From Octopus vulgaris (taxonomy: Eukaryota), in the NCBI GenBank assembly GCA_951406725.2, contig OX597817.1, positions 55,614,001-55,678,000 of the forward strand: DNA of 64,000 nucleotides. The letters are read 5' to 3'. Numbering within the stretch: position 1 is the stretch's first letter; each line of letters begins with the position of its first letter. A program made the position numbers and the translations under genes. Of this stretch, positions 14,469 to 28,738 are shown piece by piece. The notes below the pieces were generated by a model. The model did not search any database, was not told the origin of the DNA, and worked only from the letters and a program-made list of their open reading frames with translations.

Positions 14469-14889
14469 AGAGGAAGGTCCAATAGAAAAGGAAGATGAAG
14501 GAAGAAAATCGCCAACGATTCGCATGTGGTTACATTTTGAGAATATATATATATATATATATATAAAAGTAAATTTGGAAAAATATGTGTAAGTTGATTA
14601 GTGTGTTTAAATGTTCAGTAGAGCACCGGCAGAGTTGAGGCTACCCGTTTCATCCCCAGTCTCGGTACCCTTCTGTTAGATCCACTTAATTAATCCATTA
14701 ATATTATATATATGTATATGAACTTTAGGTTAGTCAGAATATGCCTGTGACATATTTTAACTTTTAAGGCAAATTTACGGATGTTACCGTGAAGAAATAA
14801 TTCTCTCTTGTGGTAAAGAGTGTAAAAAAACACCATACCTGCCAAGTGCTACCCCCATATATACATATATATGTGTGTGTGGAGAGAGA

Positions 14890-14949
<60 letters not shown>

Positions 14950-15070
14950 CAGATAGACAGACAGACAAACAGATAGGAAGAGTTTACGAAAAAAAAAACA
15001 AAAGACGAAGACAGGTGGTGTACAAAACAAACAGATGTATTAGTATAACGCTCAGGAATAGAAAAAGTAT

Positions 15071-15104
15071 TTTACGTTTCGAGCCAACGCTCTTCTACAG
15101 AAAG
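15071..15104 (-). ncRNA. Minimal hammerhead motif, A6U variant, within repeat 14975-15190
   Basis: CTTT-CTGTAGA-A-GAGC-GTTG-GCTC-GAAACGTA-AAA. Confidence 0.55.
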
Positions 15105-15642
15105 GGACACAGAAAAAACAAGGAGAGAAAAAAACAAGGAAACAAGTAGAGTAAAAATGTGTGTAGTGGCTAACGATCTATAATGGACAAACAGATAGAC
15201 AGACAGAAAGTGAGTGAGGGAGAGCGAGTTTGGGGTAGAGAGAAGGAGATAGACAGGCGAACGGGGAGACTCTCTTAAATGAATATATAAGCGTGTGTGT
15301 GTATATATATATATGTGTGTGTGAGTATGCATAAATACATGTTTTCATTATGATATCTGCACATATATATATACACACGCAAGCTCAACCAAACATATAG
15401 ATATAATGTGTATATTTATACATACATGCTCATATAAATGCAAAATAATTATACGCGTGTGCGCGTGCCTTTGTAAATTATGAAATGTCGATAGACACTA
15501 CGAACGAAGCAATAAATGAAAGAAACCGTAATGTGGAATAAGAGAATGAAAGAATGAAAGAATACGAAATAAATGGGGAAGATAAAGTCTGATAATAAAT
15601 TGTGAATGAAACCATAAATGGAGGACCGAAGAAGTTGAAAGG

Positions 15643-15682
<40 letters not shown>

Positions 15683-15959
15683 CAGACAGACAGAGAGACA
15701 GAGTGAGAATGGATGGAAAAGGTGGGGGACAGGGGTAGGAATATGGACGTAGCTATGTGTTTGTTGACGTCTCTGTGTGATATGATATGCGTATATGTAT
15801 CGCATGTATGTGTGTGTGTGTGTCGTTGTTGGTTTCAAAACGAAGAATGTACTTTTAGTTTGGTTGCAGACGAATAATATACACTAATTGAGCTGATGGT
15901 TGATATGGAGGTGATGTACAGTAGAGGCGGCGGAACTGTTTGTGTTATTATAGTGCTGT

Positions 15960-15968
15960 AGTGACGAC

Positions 15969-16050
<82 letters not shown>

Positions 16051-16300
16051 GTGGTGGTGATGATGATGATGATGATGATGATTATGACGACGACGACGAC
16101 GACTACGATGATGATGATGATGATAGTGCTGGCGGTGGTGGTGATGATGATGATGCTGATGATGATGATAATGATGATGATAGTGCTGGTGGTGGAGGTA
16201 TGATGATGATGATGATGATGATGATAGTGCTGGTGTTGGAGGTGGTGATGATGATGATGATGATAGTGCTGGTGGTGGTGGAGGTGGTTGCGCTGGGGTT
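15960..16300. repeat. (GAT)n/(GGT)n trinucleotide tract
   Basis: Read directly from the sequence. Confidence 0.95.
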
Positions 16301-16704
16301 GTTGGCACTGGTGTTGTTGGGGGTTTGTTTTTCAGGTGTCGGTGGCAGCGATGGCTGCGAAAGCACTGCTGGAGATGTTTGTTGCTATGATACCTGTGTG
16401 CCACTGGTACACTGGTGTCCAAATTGACGAAGCTGGTGATGGCGGCTCCGGTTGATGTCACGCCATTTTCTCCCTTCTGTCTTCAATCCAGTACAATTGT
16501 TCATTCATTAGTCGAATGGCACTGGCTTAGACGTACTTATTCATCAACGTTATTATGTGGTAGAATTCTTATAACACGAAGCTGCATTCCATTACTGACC
16601 ACCATCCCCCAATCAGAAATATGCAGGAACTCGTTCTTTCTTTGAATTCGTAACGCAGAATGAATTCCAATATTTTTCATTAATATTCATTCTTTCGCTT
16701 CTTC

Positions 16705-17154
16705 TTTTCCTCTTTTCACTCATCGGACTGCGGCCATTCTGGAGCAGCGCCTTACATTGTTAAATCGATAAAATCATCCGCATTAAGAATTGTTCTTAAA
16801 TCGATCACTTTTTCCTGATCGTCTAAATTTCAGGGACATAAACATCGGTGGTCAAATGATGTGTGTGTGTGAGGGGGCACACATACACCACATACACACA
16901 CATGCGCGCACATATATATTATTTTATTCTCTTATTCTTTTACTTCTTTCACTCATTTGACTACGACCATGCTTCAGCACCGCCTTTAGTCGAACAGATC
17001 GACCCTAGTAATTTTGCCTGGTCTCTTTTGCCGAACCGCTTAGTTGGTCGGCCCGCAGCTATAGTAGACGACACTTGCTCAAGGTGTGAGGCAGTGGAAC
17101 TGAACCCATGTAACTGATGAGCATGCTACATACCACACAGCCACTCCTGCGCCT
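16705..17154 (-). mobile_element. Two SINE family B fragments: a decayed tail half and an internally deleted copy
   Basis: GACTGCGGCCATTCTGGAGCAGCGCC near 16726. A second tail near 16955 is joined to a head ending CACAGCCACTCCTGCGCCT. Confidence 0.7.
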
Positions 17155-17176
17155 ATGTATATATACATATACATAT

Positions 17177-17210
<34 letters not shown>

Positions 17211-17295
17211 ACATATATATATACACACACACACACATATATATATATATACATGCACATATGTAATTAAAAATTATAGTAATAATAATAACAAC

Positions 17296-17394
<99 letters not shown>

Positions 17395-17500
17395 GATACT
17401 CTTTATATATATATATATAAATAGGGAGAGAGGTTAAACCCAGTTGGCATCTGGATTGTCTTTAACAATTCCTTACGTGGATATTGCTTCCTCAATTTCA

Positions 17501-17940
<440 letters not shown>

Positions 17941-18609
17941 ATACATACATGGCGAGCTTTCACACTGTTGTCATTCAACACGATTAATTAATAATTGATT
18001 TAATTCAGATTTCTTCATTGGAGCTTGATACGTTGATAATAACTGTAAAAGTCATCCTTCACCACAAAACGAAATTCCGTTTCTTTCGGTGTAGTGTACA
18101 AGTACATGCTCCAGCTGGTCGTCCAGTAAAGCAGAAAACATTTAAGACGTCTATATTTGGAGATATGGGTATCGGGTTTCTAGATGTCCGTTTTCATGAC
18201 ACATGTGAAACGCCCACCTATAAATATGTGTCTCTGTGTGTGAATGTGTGTATGCTAGGGGGTCTGGGCTTGCTTCATATGTGTATGTGTGCCTGTATGC
18301 ATGTATATATATGAACAAGTCGAATGTGCATGGTTTGGGTACGTGTTCATGTGTCATTAGTCAGAACGAAGGAAAATAAATTTTTAAAAAATAGTGAACA
18401 AAACCACATTATTCAGCATATAAAAATGATTAGTTAGACATTCTGTTACTTTATTTAGTACGACTATTTTTGAACTTCGATGTCTCTTAGGGAAGCGTTA
18501 AGGTTTTTTTCTTTTCTATTGTTTAAATCCGAATTGTCTTTCTAATTTTAACAAACAGTTATGTCAGAAAAGTAGTCCACGGCCATCGAAATGAAGAACG
18601 ACGTAGTGT

Positions 18610-18663
<54 letters not shown>

Positions 18664-18757
18664 CATTAATGGTAATAATTATGTATGTATATATATAGAT
18701 AGATAGATGTATATGTATATGAATATATATATATTCTTGCATAAATAAATGTTTGTA

Positions 18758-18797
<40 letters not shown>

Positions 18798-18865
18798 TAT
18801 ATATGTTAATGTGTATGCATACAAGTATAAAGCTATATTCATGCATGTATATATGTATATATATA

Positions 18866-18930
<65 letters not shown>

Positions 18931-19824
18931 GTAAACATATATATTTATATATGAGCGCGTGTGGGTATGCGTGCGATTGCGTATGCTTGTGCATGTGTGT
19001 CTGTGTTTTGTGTGTGTCTGTGTATGTGTGTGTGTGTGTCTGAGTGTGTTGGTGTGCGTGTGTATTTACATACGGACTGGCGTAAAGAGAGTCAGGCGGC
19101 CATTGCTTGATTTAGAAATGGTGGTTTTATTTGAAAGTCATGAAACGCAACAGAATGCTGAATGGTAAACTGAAGTAGGCACAGAATTTTCCCATTACAC
19201 ACAACATTCAATTGCTCTCATTCATTACCGCTTTTATTCTTGCTCTTATTATTCCTTTCCTTCTTTCTTTATTTGATTCTTTTACTATTTCTTCCTTACA
19301 TTCATTCATTTTCCCTTTCGTCTATTCATTCAACTTCCGATAATATTCATGTCTCCCAACAATTTCTTTTATTTTTTTTATTTTCTTCTCTCCCTGTTCT
19401 TCTTCTTTTTCTCCTTCTTCTTTTCCCTGATCTTCTTCATCTTCTTCTTACTGTCCTCCTCTAATTTCTCCTTATTGTTTCTTCCACTCTATCTTTCTTT
19501 TTGTTGTTGAATTTTGCAGCTTTTCTCATTCGTCAATAAGCGAGACTAATTGCTTCAAAACATCAAGAACAATAGATCAATCCCTCCCTAGCTTTATTTC
19601 GCACTATACATCATTGGTCGAATGCTGTCTAATTTACAATATCCACAGCCAATTAGCGAACTCGAACCAGAGTCCGTATTGAAAGTATCAGCCATTTATT
19701 TAGGAGCAATAATTAATGGCAAACGCATAAATACGAAAACATAAATGCATACATATATAATATATGCATATATTTACATATTCAGACACATACACACACA
19801 CACAACACACACACAGACACACAC

Positions 19825-19861
<37 letters not shown>

Positions 19862-19964
19862 CATTGATACACACATATATATATACATATGTATATATGT
19901 ATGTATATGTGTTTATATATATATATAGTTATACACCGTTGAGTATGAGTGTGTGTATATATAG

Positions 19965-20350
19965 GAACAAGTGTGGCATAAGAAGCTTGCTTGTCAACCA
20001 CATCTTTCCGGGTTCAGTCCCACTGTGTGGCACCTTGGGCAGGTTTCTTCTATATCTTTCCGGCCGACGAAATCCTTGTAAGTGGATTTACTTGTTATAG
20101 GGAAACTAAAGCCCGTGGTGTGTGTGTGTGTGTATTCTTGAGTCTGTGTTTGCCACTGTTTGACAACAATAGTTTCGTGTGTTTACGTCCCTGTAACGTA
20201 GCGGTTTGGCAAAACAGACTGATAGAAGAAATATCAGGCTTTAAAAAAAAAAGTACTGGAAGCGAATAATTCGACTAAAAGTTCTACAGAGCCGTGCTCC
20301 AGCATGGCCACTATCTAAATGACAAAAGTGATGAAAGACTGAAAAAGAAA
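19965..20350 (+). mobile_element. SINE family B, diverged full length
   Basis: GGGTTCAGTCCCACTGTGTGGCACCTTGGGCAGG head, internal (GT)n, tail GTGCTCCAGCATGGCCAC. Confidence 0.8.
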
Positions 20351-20359
20351 AGACGAAAT

Positions 20360-20475
20360 GTAAGGGATCATTGGATTTTGAAAATCTGTCCATACTATCA
20401 AATCTACTTAACATTCACTCTATATTGACTGGTGATACAATATGGACAGATACTCGAAATCCAATGATCCCATAC
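20360..20475. repeat. 116-bp foldback with about 35-bp arms (MITE-like or hairpin RNA)
   Basis: GTAAGGGATCATTGGATTTTGAAAATCTGTCCATA versus reverse complement GTATGGGATCATTGGATTTCGAGTATCTGTCCATA. Confidence 0.75.
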
Positions 20476-20838
20476 ACACTTATACAGTTACGAAATTTTA
20501 CAAATACACTTTCTCAGGGAGATATGATATACCTATTATAATGGGTAATACTACATGTACTTTTCATATTTTTTATAGTGTGATGTAACTCTTTAGAATA
20601 ACAATGTATGTAGCTGAAGAGAGCTTTAAACCATCTTTTATATCTATTATACACTGATGTAAGAACAGGTCGTTTATAAAGCTTGAAACACGTGTACCGC
20701 GATATCCTTTGTGTTCTGTTTTTGAATTTATTTGATATATTCTCTCTCACCTCTGCCACTACTGGCATATACAGATGCTTACACTTATCAAGTATTCACC
20801 CTAAATTTGCAGTTCCTACTATATATATATATATATAT

Positions 20839-21218
20839 ATTGGTAAAATTGGTAAGATAACAAAAGAAAGAAAGAGACTTCAATATTATGTAAATAGAGG
20901 AAATTTATCTGTAAATTAATATGTGACAATTATTCAATAGCCAAGATAAAACACTGAGTTTCGGATGCCGAAGTGGGAATCCACACACTCATACTCATAT
21001 GTGTATATATATATATATATAAACACATATGTGTTGTGGATTTCCACTTCGGCATCCGAAACTCAGAGTTTTATCTTGGCTATTGAATAATTGTCACATT
21101 AATTTACAGATATATATATATATATATATTGGTAAAAATGGTAAGATAACAAAAGTAAGAAAGAGACCTCAATATTATGTAAATAGAGGAAATTTATATG
21201 TAAATTAATATGTGACAA
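20839..21218. repeat. Penelope-like terminal repeat in direct plus inverted arrangement
   Basis: Direct repeat 20839-20929 / 21128-21218. Inverted arms 20906-20985 / 21035-21112 contain a hammerhead 3' half (GGAT...ATCC-GAAAC-TCAGA-GTT). Confidence 0.7.
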
Positions 21219-21287
21219 GTATGTATGTATGTATGTATGGATGTATGTATGTATGTATGTATGTATGTATGTATGTATGTATGTATG

Positions 21288-21327
<40 letters not shown>

Positions 21328-22630
21328 TGTATAATGTATGTATAAATTGCTTGAAAAACGTAGCAACTACTGAATTCGTCATGATGGTACAGTTGAATAA
21401 TAGACATTCATCCATGTTACCAGCTGGGTGCAAGGTCAATGCTCTTAATAATAATTAAGAAACAACAATGAGTTTCTTTTGCCTCAGCATGGAAGCTACT
21501 ATTAGTCTGGACCGTATGACAGAAAACTGAATTAGCTAACAGCATCTACAATATTGCCAGAATACTATGTAAAGACTTGGAGAACAAATTTCTTTTCGTG
21601 GGGACTCGGAAAAAATCAATTCCAATTTGGATTTTAATAAGTTAACAGGTTGTGTAAGGATATTGAATTTTTCTCACAAGCAGAAAGGTATATCCGTAAT
21701 TAAGCATTAAACCCTGTACTTGAAGATACCTTTGTCTTTAAATGCCAGATGAATATCGACAGTTTTGTTGATGTTCTTTTATTCCCAAGTCTACTCTTAT
21801 GCGGATATTGAATATATATGAATTTGAATAAGTTCTTCTTAATGCTTACCTATCACTTTGTGTCGTTGTTGCTGTCATCGGCAGAAAGCTTTGTACAATA
21901 AACAAGACTTTTCTGAAAGCATTTACTACACAGCGCAGGCGTGTAAAACTGTTAAGAAGTTTCTCTCGAGACGAGGATTTATGTGACAATGTGAGAACTA
22001 ATTTCTTCCAAGTAATTCAAAGTTAAAGAACAGGCTTATATCTATATGTATTTGTAACTTACTTTGCTGCTATGCCCGCTAAAATTTTGTGTGAATTATG
22101 ACATCAAGGGAAGTTTTTAGTGACCAAATTTAGGGAAAATCAGGTAATAATAGATTTGACATTGGAACTGATAGGTAATATATCATATAACTATCCATTT
22201 CCTGTCATTAGAGAATCTCTGTGGTCTGCTATGAAATTATTGGTTCTTGTCGTTGACGCCGCTTCTGCTCAGAGTCTTGTAATAAAATACACCACCACGG
22301 CAAAGTATGTTCATGAGAAATTATGGTGATGTTTTTACTGGCAGATTTTTCAGAATATTAGGCCAGAGCTTTCGTAATTGTACAGTAATTCCATTAGATT
22401 TTCTGTAATGTGTTTAAGTACCTAAAGTTAGATTCTGAGTAATATCTGAAGCTTTGACAAAGCTAATGTTTGTACTGAATGTAATTTCAAAGCCAAAATT
22501 GTAACAGTAATAATTATATTTCTTCAGGTCGACCTAATTGATTGCCATTCATTTTACGGATTAATATGAGAAGTATCAATCTGCATATGCCTCATCCTAT
22601 AAAGTTAAATTTATAAGAGATCTCATATAT

Positions 22631-22845
22631 TTATTTATTTACTACCCTCAAGGGGCTACACACAGAGGGGACAAACAAGGACAGACAGGGATTAAGTCGA
22701 TTATATCGACACCAGTGCGTAACTGGTACTTAATTTATCGACCCCGAAAGGATGAAAGGCAAAGTCGATCTCGGCGGAATTTGAACTCAGAACGTAACGA
22801 CAGACAAAATACCGCTAAGCATTTCGATTCTGCCAGCTCGCCGCC
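22631..22845 (-). mobile_element. SINE family A with imperfect TSD
   Basis: Head GGCGGCGAGCTGGCAGAATCG through to the tail. Flanks TAAGAGATCTCATATAT (22614-22630) and TAAGATTCTCATATAT (22848-22863). Confidence 0.85.
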
Positions 22846-23705
22846 TTTAAGATTCTCATATATCAATGTATATATGTATGTATATGAAACTAATTGGCGT
22901 AGTCTTATATTTTCTTTACATATTATACCTGTACTTATATTTTTGTTACATATTATACCTGTGTGCATTTTAAATGGCCATATATGAAAATGTTGCTAAG
23001 CGCAGGTGTATTTTATTAAATTTTCATGCTTACATCAGTTAGAATGTTCTGTGATGCAGATGTCTGTGTGTTTGTAAGCATGTATTATTATGAGTTGTCT
23101 GCATTTCAATTTCTCTTTTCCTATCCACCACCCGTTGAACAGGGTACATAATTCAGATTTACTGACATTACGTGATCCTCCTACATTAATTTTTAATCGA
23201 ACATACCAGAGAGAACTTCAAATCATACTAGCTAAGACACCCATTGTCAGGTTGAAGCGAGTTTGCTAAGTGCCACACACGAAACTCTCGACTCTTGCGT
23301 CACGTTTGTAATTTCTTCCAATTCAAAAATAATGTGCATATTCTCGTGTATTGAGTCCTACTTCTACTATTTGCTCTGCTAAACCGAGAGCTGCATAAGT
23401 ACCTTTGTATTTCTGTGATTGTATTTGAGTGCATTTGTGATTGCGAATGTAAGTATATCTGTGTATATGAATCTATGTATGGACGTATGTACGTATGCAT
23501 GTATGAATATATCAATGTATATATTTATTTATTTACGAATGTATATATGTATGTATACTTCTATATAATTGCATACATACATCAATCGGATTGTCGCAGT
23601 AATAAGGGATTTTTCGTTGTCAACTTCTTTTTTCTCAACGTTTATTGCATTCCTCGTACATGAAGTGGTTCCGGCAAAACAAAACAACTTGGCATTTTAT
23701 TGCAC

Positions 23706-23751
<46 letters not shown>

Positions 23752-24447
23752 AACACAGATACCCTCAACCAAAAACACACACGAAAGAAACACACATTTG
23801 TATGTATGCATGCATATATGTATGTTTCTAGCTACGTAGACACACAGATATAATGGCACATATATATGTTTAGATATATGAGTGCGTTGGGTGTGTTATA
23901 TAAGTGGAGAGAATATGTAGGCAATAAATAAGAATTAATTTGAAATGAGAAACCAAAACAAAAAACCATAGAAAGCTAATACAATAAGTAGGACAATGCG
24001 TGTGTGTGTGTATGTGATAAATGTATATTTGTATTAGTATATGTATGTGCGCGCCCGCACGTGTGTATATATGTCTATGTGTGTGTGTATATATATATAT
24101 ATGCATATGCAACATGCATACGTACATATGCAAATATATATATATATGTGTGTGTATGAAAAAAATATATATATACACATACCTATATACAAAAGTGCTT
24201 TTTACATTTTTTATACATATATGAATGCATATATGTATGTTAATATATACATATATATATACATATATACATATATACATATACATATATACATATACAT
24301 ATTACATATATATAAGTATATACTATACATATATAATATATATATATAAGTATATACATATACATATATATAATATATATGTACATATATACATATATTC
24401 ATATATATATATATATACATATATATACATATATATACATATATATA

Positions 24448-24478
<31 letters not shown>

Positions 24479-25122
24479 TATAATAAATATTCTCATCATA
24501 TACATATATACCTACGTACATGTCTACATAAGCATATACGAGTGTGTGTCTGTGAGTGTTCGAGAATGTGTTTTGTATTTGTGAGTGTGTTTTCGCAGGT
24601 GTGCGTGACTGTGTGTGCCTGCGATTGTGTGGGTGTGTTTGAGTGTGTGCATGTGAGTATGTGTGTGCATACACTCACACATTCATTGGGGGTCGTAAAA
24701 ATTTAATTCTTTTGCTGAACTGTATTTTTTTTATTAAATAATACCAGAATCCCACGCTTGACAACTTTATTCCTTCTTCAAGACAACTTGTCTCTCCATT
24801 TGGTGCCAAAAGACTTCTATCGCATGTACTTAGCTTTCTTCCACACTTTTATTTCTTTCTCCTCCCCCTCTCTCTCCCTCCCACTTTTATTCCCTCTCCT
24901 TCTCTCTTCCTCTCTCTCTCTCTTCCTCTCTCTCAGTCGTTCTTGTTCCCTGGTTTATTTTCTCTTTCTTTGATGAGTATATTTTTTCATTGGTTTGTGA
25001 AGTTTTTTTGCTAATGTATCAGTGCTTTCGTCATCATCATTTAGTGTTTTCTGTGCTTTCGTCTGACTTATATATATATAAGTGTGTGTGTGTGTTTGTG
25101 TGTGTGTGAGTGTGTGTGTCTT

Positions 25123-25157
<35 letters not shown>

Positions 25158-25176
25158 GTGTATATAAATACATATA

Positions 25177-25342
25177 GTCGCGGGCGTGGCTGTGTGGTAA
25201 GTGGCTTGCTTACCAACCATATGGTTCCCTGTTCAGTCCCACTGCGTGGCACCTTGGGTAGGTGTCTTCTACTATAGCCTCGGGCCGACTAAAGCCTTGT
25301 GAGTGGATTTGGTAGACGGAAACTGAATGAAGCCTGTCGTAT
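25177..25342 (+). mobile_element. SINE family B, 5' half
   Basis: A box TGGCTGTGTGG, B box GTTCAGTCCC, CORE-like ACCTTGGGTAGGTG. Ends in (TA)n. Confidence 0.85.
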
Positions 25343-25528
25343 ATGTATATATATAAATATATATATATATATTCCTTGATAAGCAATCATATACAATTTT
25401 TGATGATTAAAACATCGTATGGTATACACCTGGTTTTATCAGGTAAAGCACGTTCCCTGGTTTAGTACTTGTTGGTTTTTTTATTAATGGGTGAGACGGA
25501 AGATGGAAGACATGAGAATCTTTATTGT

Positions 25529-25616
25529 TCACTACAATTGTTTCGACCCATCCAGCATCGATCTCTCACATATGGTTCAGGTGTATCCGTCGATGTAGAT
25601 GTGTATCCTCAGGTGA
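25529..25616 (-). ncRNA. Type I hammerhead motif with elongated stem II
   Basis: TCAC-CTGAGGA-[imperfect stem of about 16 bp plus loop]-GAAAC-AATT-GTA-GTGA. Stem I TCAC/GTGA, palindromic ACAATTGT, AATAAA just downstream. Confidence 0.65.
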
Positions 25617-27243
25617 TTTCAAGAGGTATCTCGAAAACGGTTAGAAAATATCAGGGAAAAAATCCAACTATTCATGACCCTTTTTCCAGCCTCTAAAACC
25701 TTGTAGGAGGAACTTATTCTTAGATTACTATCCTGGTTCATTAAAGGAAAGCAATAAACTCTCATGATGTGATTTTAGATCGGACAAGTCTCTCATTTAC
25801 ATTCCATTACCAATGTTTCCAGATTTACCATCTGCCTGTTTCTATTCATAAGACTTTAACCGACATTAGACTATAGAGTAAGTCAGTTGGCTGAGTTATG
25901 AGCCGGGTAACCGAACCCGAAATCTCGTAGTTACAAACTAAAGCCTGTTTTATAATCATAAAGCCATGACTTTTCCCGAAATTGTAGATCGAACAGTTCT
26001 GAAGTTTTTGATTCATGAAAAGATTAAAATTCAGCGTTAAATAATTTCAACTCGAGCCATAACTAACGATTCTAAATCAAGATTCTAATGGTTATGGATT
26101 GTGGAATCTCTCTATAGACGAAGTTTCCGATTGATATCCAGGAAATCTGTCAATACATGACTGGTTACTGTCGGTAAACCAGTCTGGTCACGTTTAAAAG
26201 AAATCATGTACAGACTTCCGCTTGATAAGCAATCATATACAATTACGTGTGACAGTCATGCATAAATTTACATAATTGCATATTTTAGAAAGGAAAGCAT
26301 AATTTATGAAACAATAAATCAACTTATTAAAAGAATTCAAATAACATAAACCACAAAGCGACGCTCTCTGTGAATTGAGATCCGTACAAGATGGCAATTC
26401 ATTGAAATGTTTTTCCATTCTCTGACTGAATGTAGCAACGAGTGAAGAATATATTGCAATCTCTGAAGAACCGCCTGTCATATAATAGCTATGAGTATTT
26501 GTGTGTATTTGTGTGAGTATCTGTGTATGTATGCATGTGTGTTTATGTATATATGTTGCTCAGTTTTTTTATGTATATGTGCTAATGTGTCTGTGACATT
26601 GCGTAGGCCCTACACTAATATACATAATGGAATTTGTGCATGAGCTTATGATGGTGTACGTACACGTGAGAAGTTTTCATAAACTCACGTACACACAGTG
26701 AGACGCATACATTCAAATTTCCTCTTTTTTTCCCCCTTTTATCAAGATGGAAATGCCGTATTTTAATACAGAAAATTACTTTTTCGAACACATATTCAGA
26801 GAGACAAACACATTCGATGATGAGTAAAGATAGGGTAAAAATTTACATTGACTCATAATCATCAACATACACACATATTCATACACACACACAAGCACAC
26901 TAAAAATAAGGAAGAAAACACATACAACAATACAAAACAAACACACACTTCACCTCATACACACAAACATACAAAAACACATTATTACACACGCATACAC
27001 ACGCAAAAACATTAGCACATCACTGATAACTCTCTGTTTATCCAGGCAATAATTCGCACTTTTCACACACACATATACATGATTATGCATACGCTTGGTA
27101 ACGGGTTCAATTCAACAATGCTGCAGCTTGACCTACACTGGTGCCCAAATTCTGACCAATCTTGACAAGGGTCTTCATGACATATGTATGTCTTTATGCG
27201 TATGATTACACACATATATACATATATGTATGTATGCATGTAC

Positions 27244-27292
<49 letters not shown>

Positions 27293-27383
27293 GGGGGAGA
27301 GTTCACGAAAAAAAAAACGACGAAGACAGGTGGTGTAGAAAACAAACAGATGTATTAGTATAACGCTCAGGAATTGAAAAAGT

Positions 27384-27419
27384 CTTTTACGTTTCGAGCC
27401 TACGCTCTTCTACAGAAAG
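27384..27419 (-). ncRNA. Minimal hammerhead motif, A6U variant, within repeat 27290-27468
   Basis: CTTT-CTGTAGA-A-GAGC-GTAG-GCTC-GAAACGTA-AAAG. Stem I CTTT/AAAG. Confidence 0.6.
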
Positions 27420-27465
27420 GGACACAGTAAAAAACAAGGAGAGAAACAAGGAGAGAAGAAAAAAA

Positions 27466-27522
<57 letters not shown>

Positions 27523-27734
27523 GTATGTAGGTACGTATGTATGTATGTATGTATATATGTATGTATATAGTATTAAGACAGTTTTTAGTATATATTAACC
27601 AAATGTGACTGAAATTGATGGGTTAGCGTTGGGTCAATCAGATTCGCAAGCGTCAATTTGTGAGTTCGATTCAGCTTGAGGTTAGCTCATCATTTTTCGG
27701 TCATTTGTTTATATCTAAAAATTGCAAGATGACC

Positions 27735-27980
27735 GAAGAGCAGAGACCGTAAACCAGTGATGATGGGTCTTCATGAAATCATCCAGAATGATTTCAGTCA
27801 TTTCCATTCGGAGATTCTTCTACTGCTCCAGCAGCAACTTGAAGACGGATTTTTGAGACACTCACCGCATGCAACAGATAATCCGACAAAATACAATGCA
27901 ACGATCCTGTTCTTATTCTCTCTTCGTGAGCAGTATTTTTGGATCAATACATCACGGTTTTCCACGACTATTCGCGAACC
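27735..27980 (-). pseudogene. Highly decayed mariner transposase fragment
   Basis: Frameshifted translation RTGSLHCILSDYL / MR*VSQKSVFKLLLEQ*KNLRME...DDFMKT/IITG resembles the mariner HTH to VPKLL to IITGDE region. Confidence 0.5.
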
Positions 27981-28075
27981 TTTTCAATGGGTACCAATTG
28001 ATTTCTGGAGTCGACGCAATAGACCTATCCCCCACCCCGTAACTGCTAGCCTTGTATCAAAAGTTTAAATCATTC

Positions 28076-28405
28076 TTCTCTTTCAGTCATCTGAGTGCGG
28101 CCATGCTGGAGCACCGCCTGTAGTCAAACAAATCGATCCCAGGACTTATTCTTTGTATGCCTAGTACTTATTCTATCGGTCTCTTTTTGCCAAACAGCTA
28201 ACTTCTGAGGAATGCAAACACGCCAACATCGGTTGTGAAAGATGGTGGCGGTCAAACACAGACACACAAATACACACACATACACACACACATATTTATA
28301 TATTTACATATATACGATGGGCTTCTTTCAGTTTCCTTCAAACAAATGCACTCACAAGGCTTTGGTCGGCCCGAGGCTATAGTAGAAGACACTTGTCCAA
28401 GGTGC

Positions 28406-28406
<1 letters not shown>
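28076..28406 (-). mobile_element. SINE family B, 5'-truncated
   Basis: Colinear with 55790-56146. The head is replaced by (TAT)n/(GTA)n. Confidence 0.85.
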
Positions 28407-28443
<37 letters not shown>

Positions 28444-28563
28444 GTAGTAGTAGTAGTAGTAGTAGCTGCAGCAGCAGTAGTAGTTGTAGTATTAGTAGTA
28501 GTAGTTGTAGTAGTTGTAGTAGTAGTAGTTGCAGTAGTTGTAGTAGTAGTAGTTGTAGTAGTT

Positions 28564-28603
<40 letters not shown>

Positions 28604-28643
28604 TGGTTGTGGTAGTAGTAGTAGTAATAGTAGTAGCGGTGGT

Positions 28644-28728
<85 letters not shown>

Positions 28729-28738
28729 TTACTATTAA

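Noticed and set aside
18000-18217. Possible minus-strand exon (similar case at 26350-26474)
   Set aside because: Weak acceptors, early stops or no recognisable peptide, and no clear donor.
21440-22500. Possible old R4-like 3' end and Penelope GIY-YIG relic
   Set aside because: Only scattered short peptide resemblances; needs a translated HMM search.
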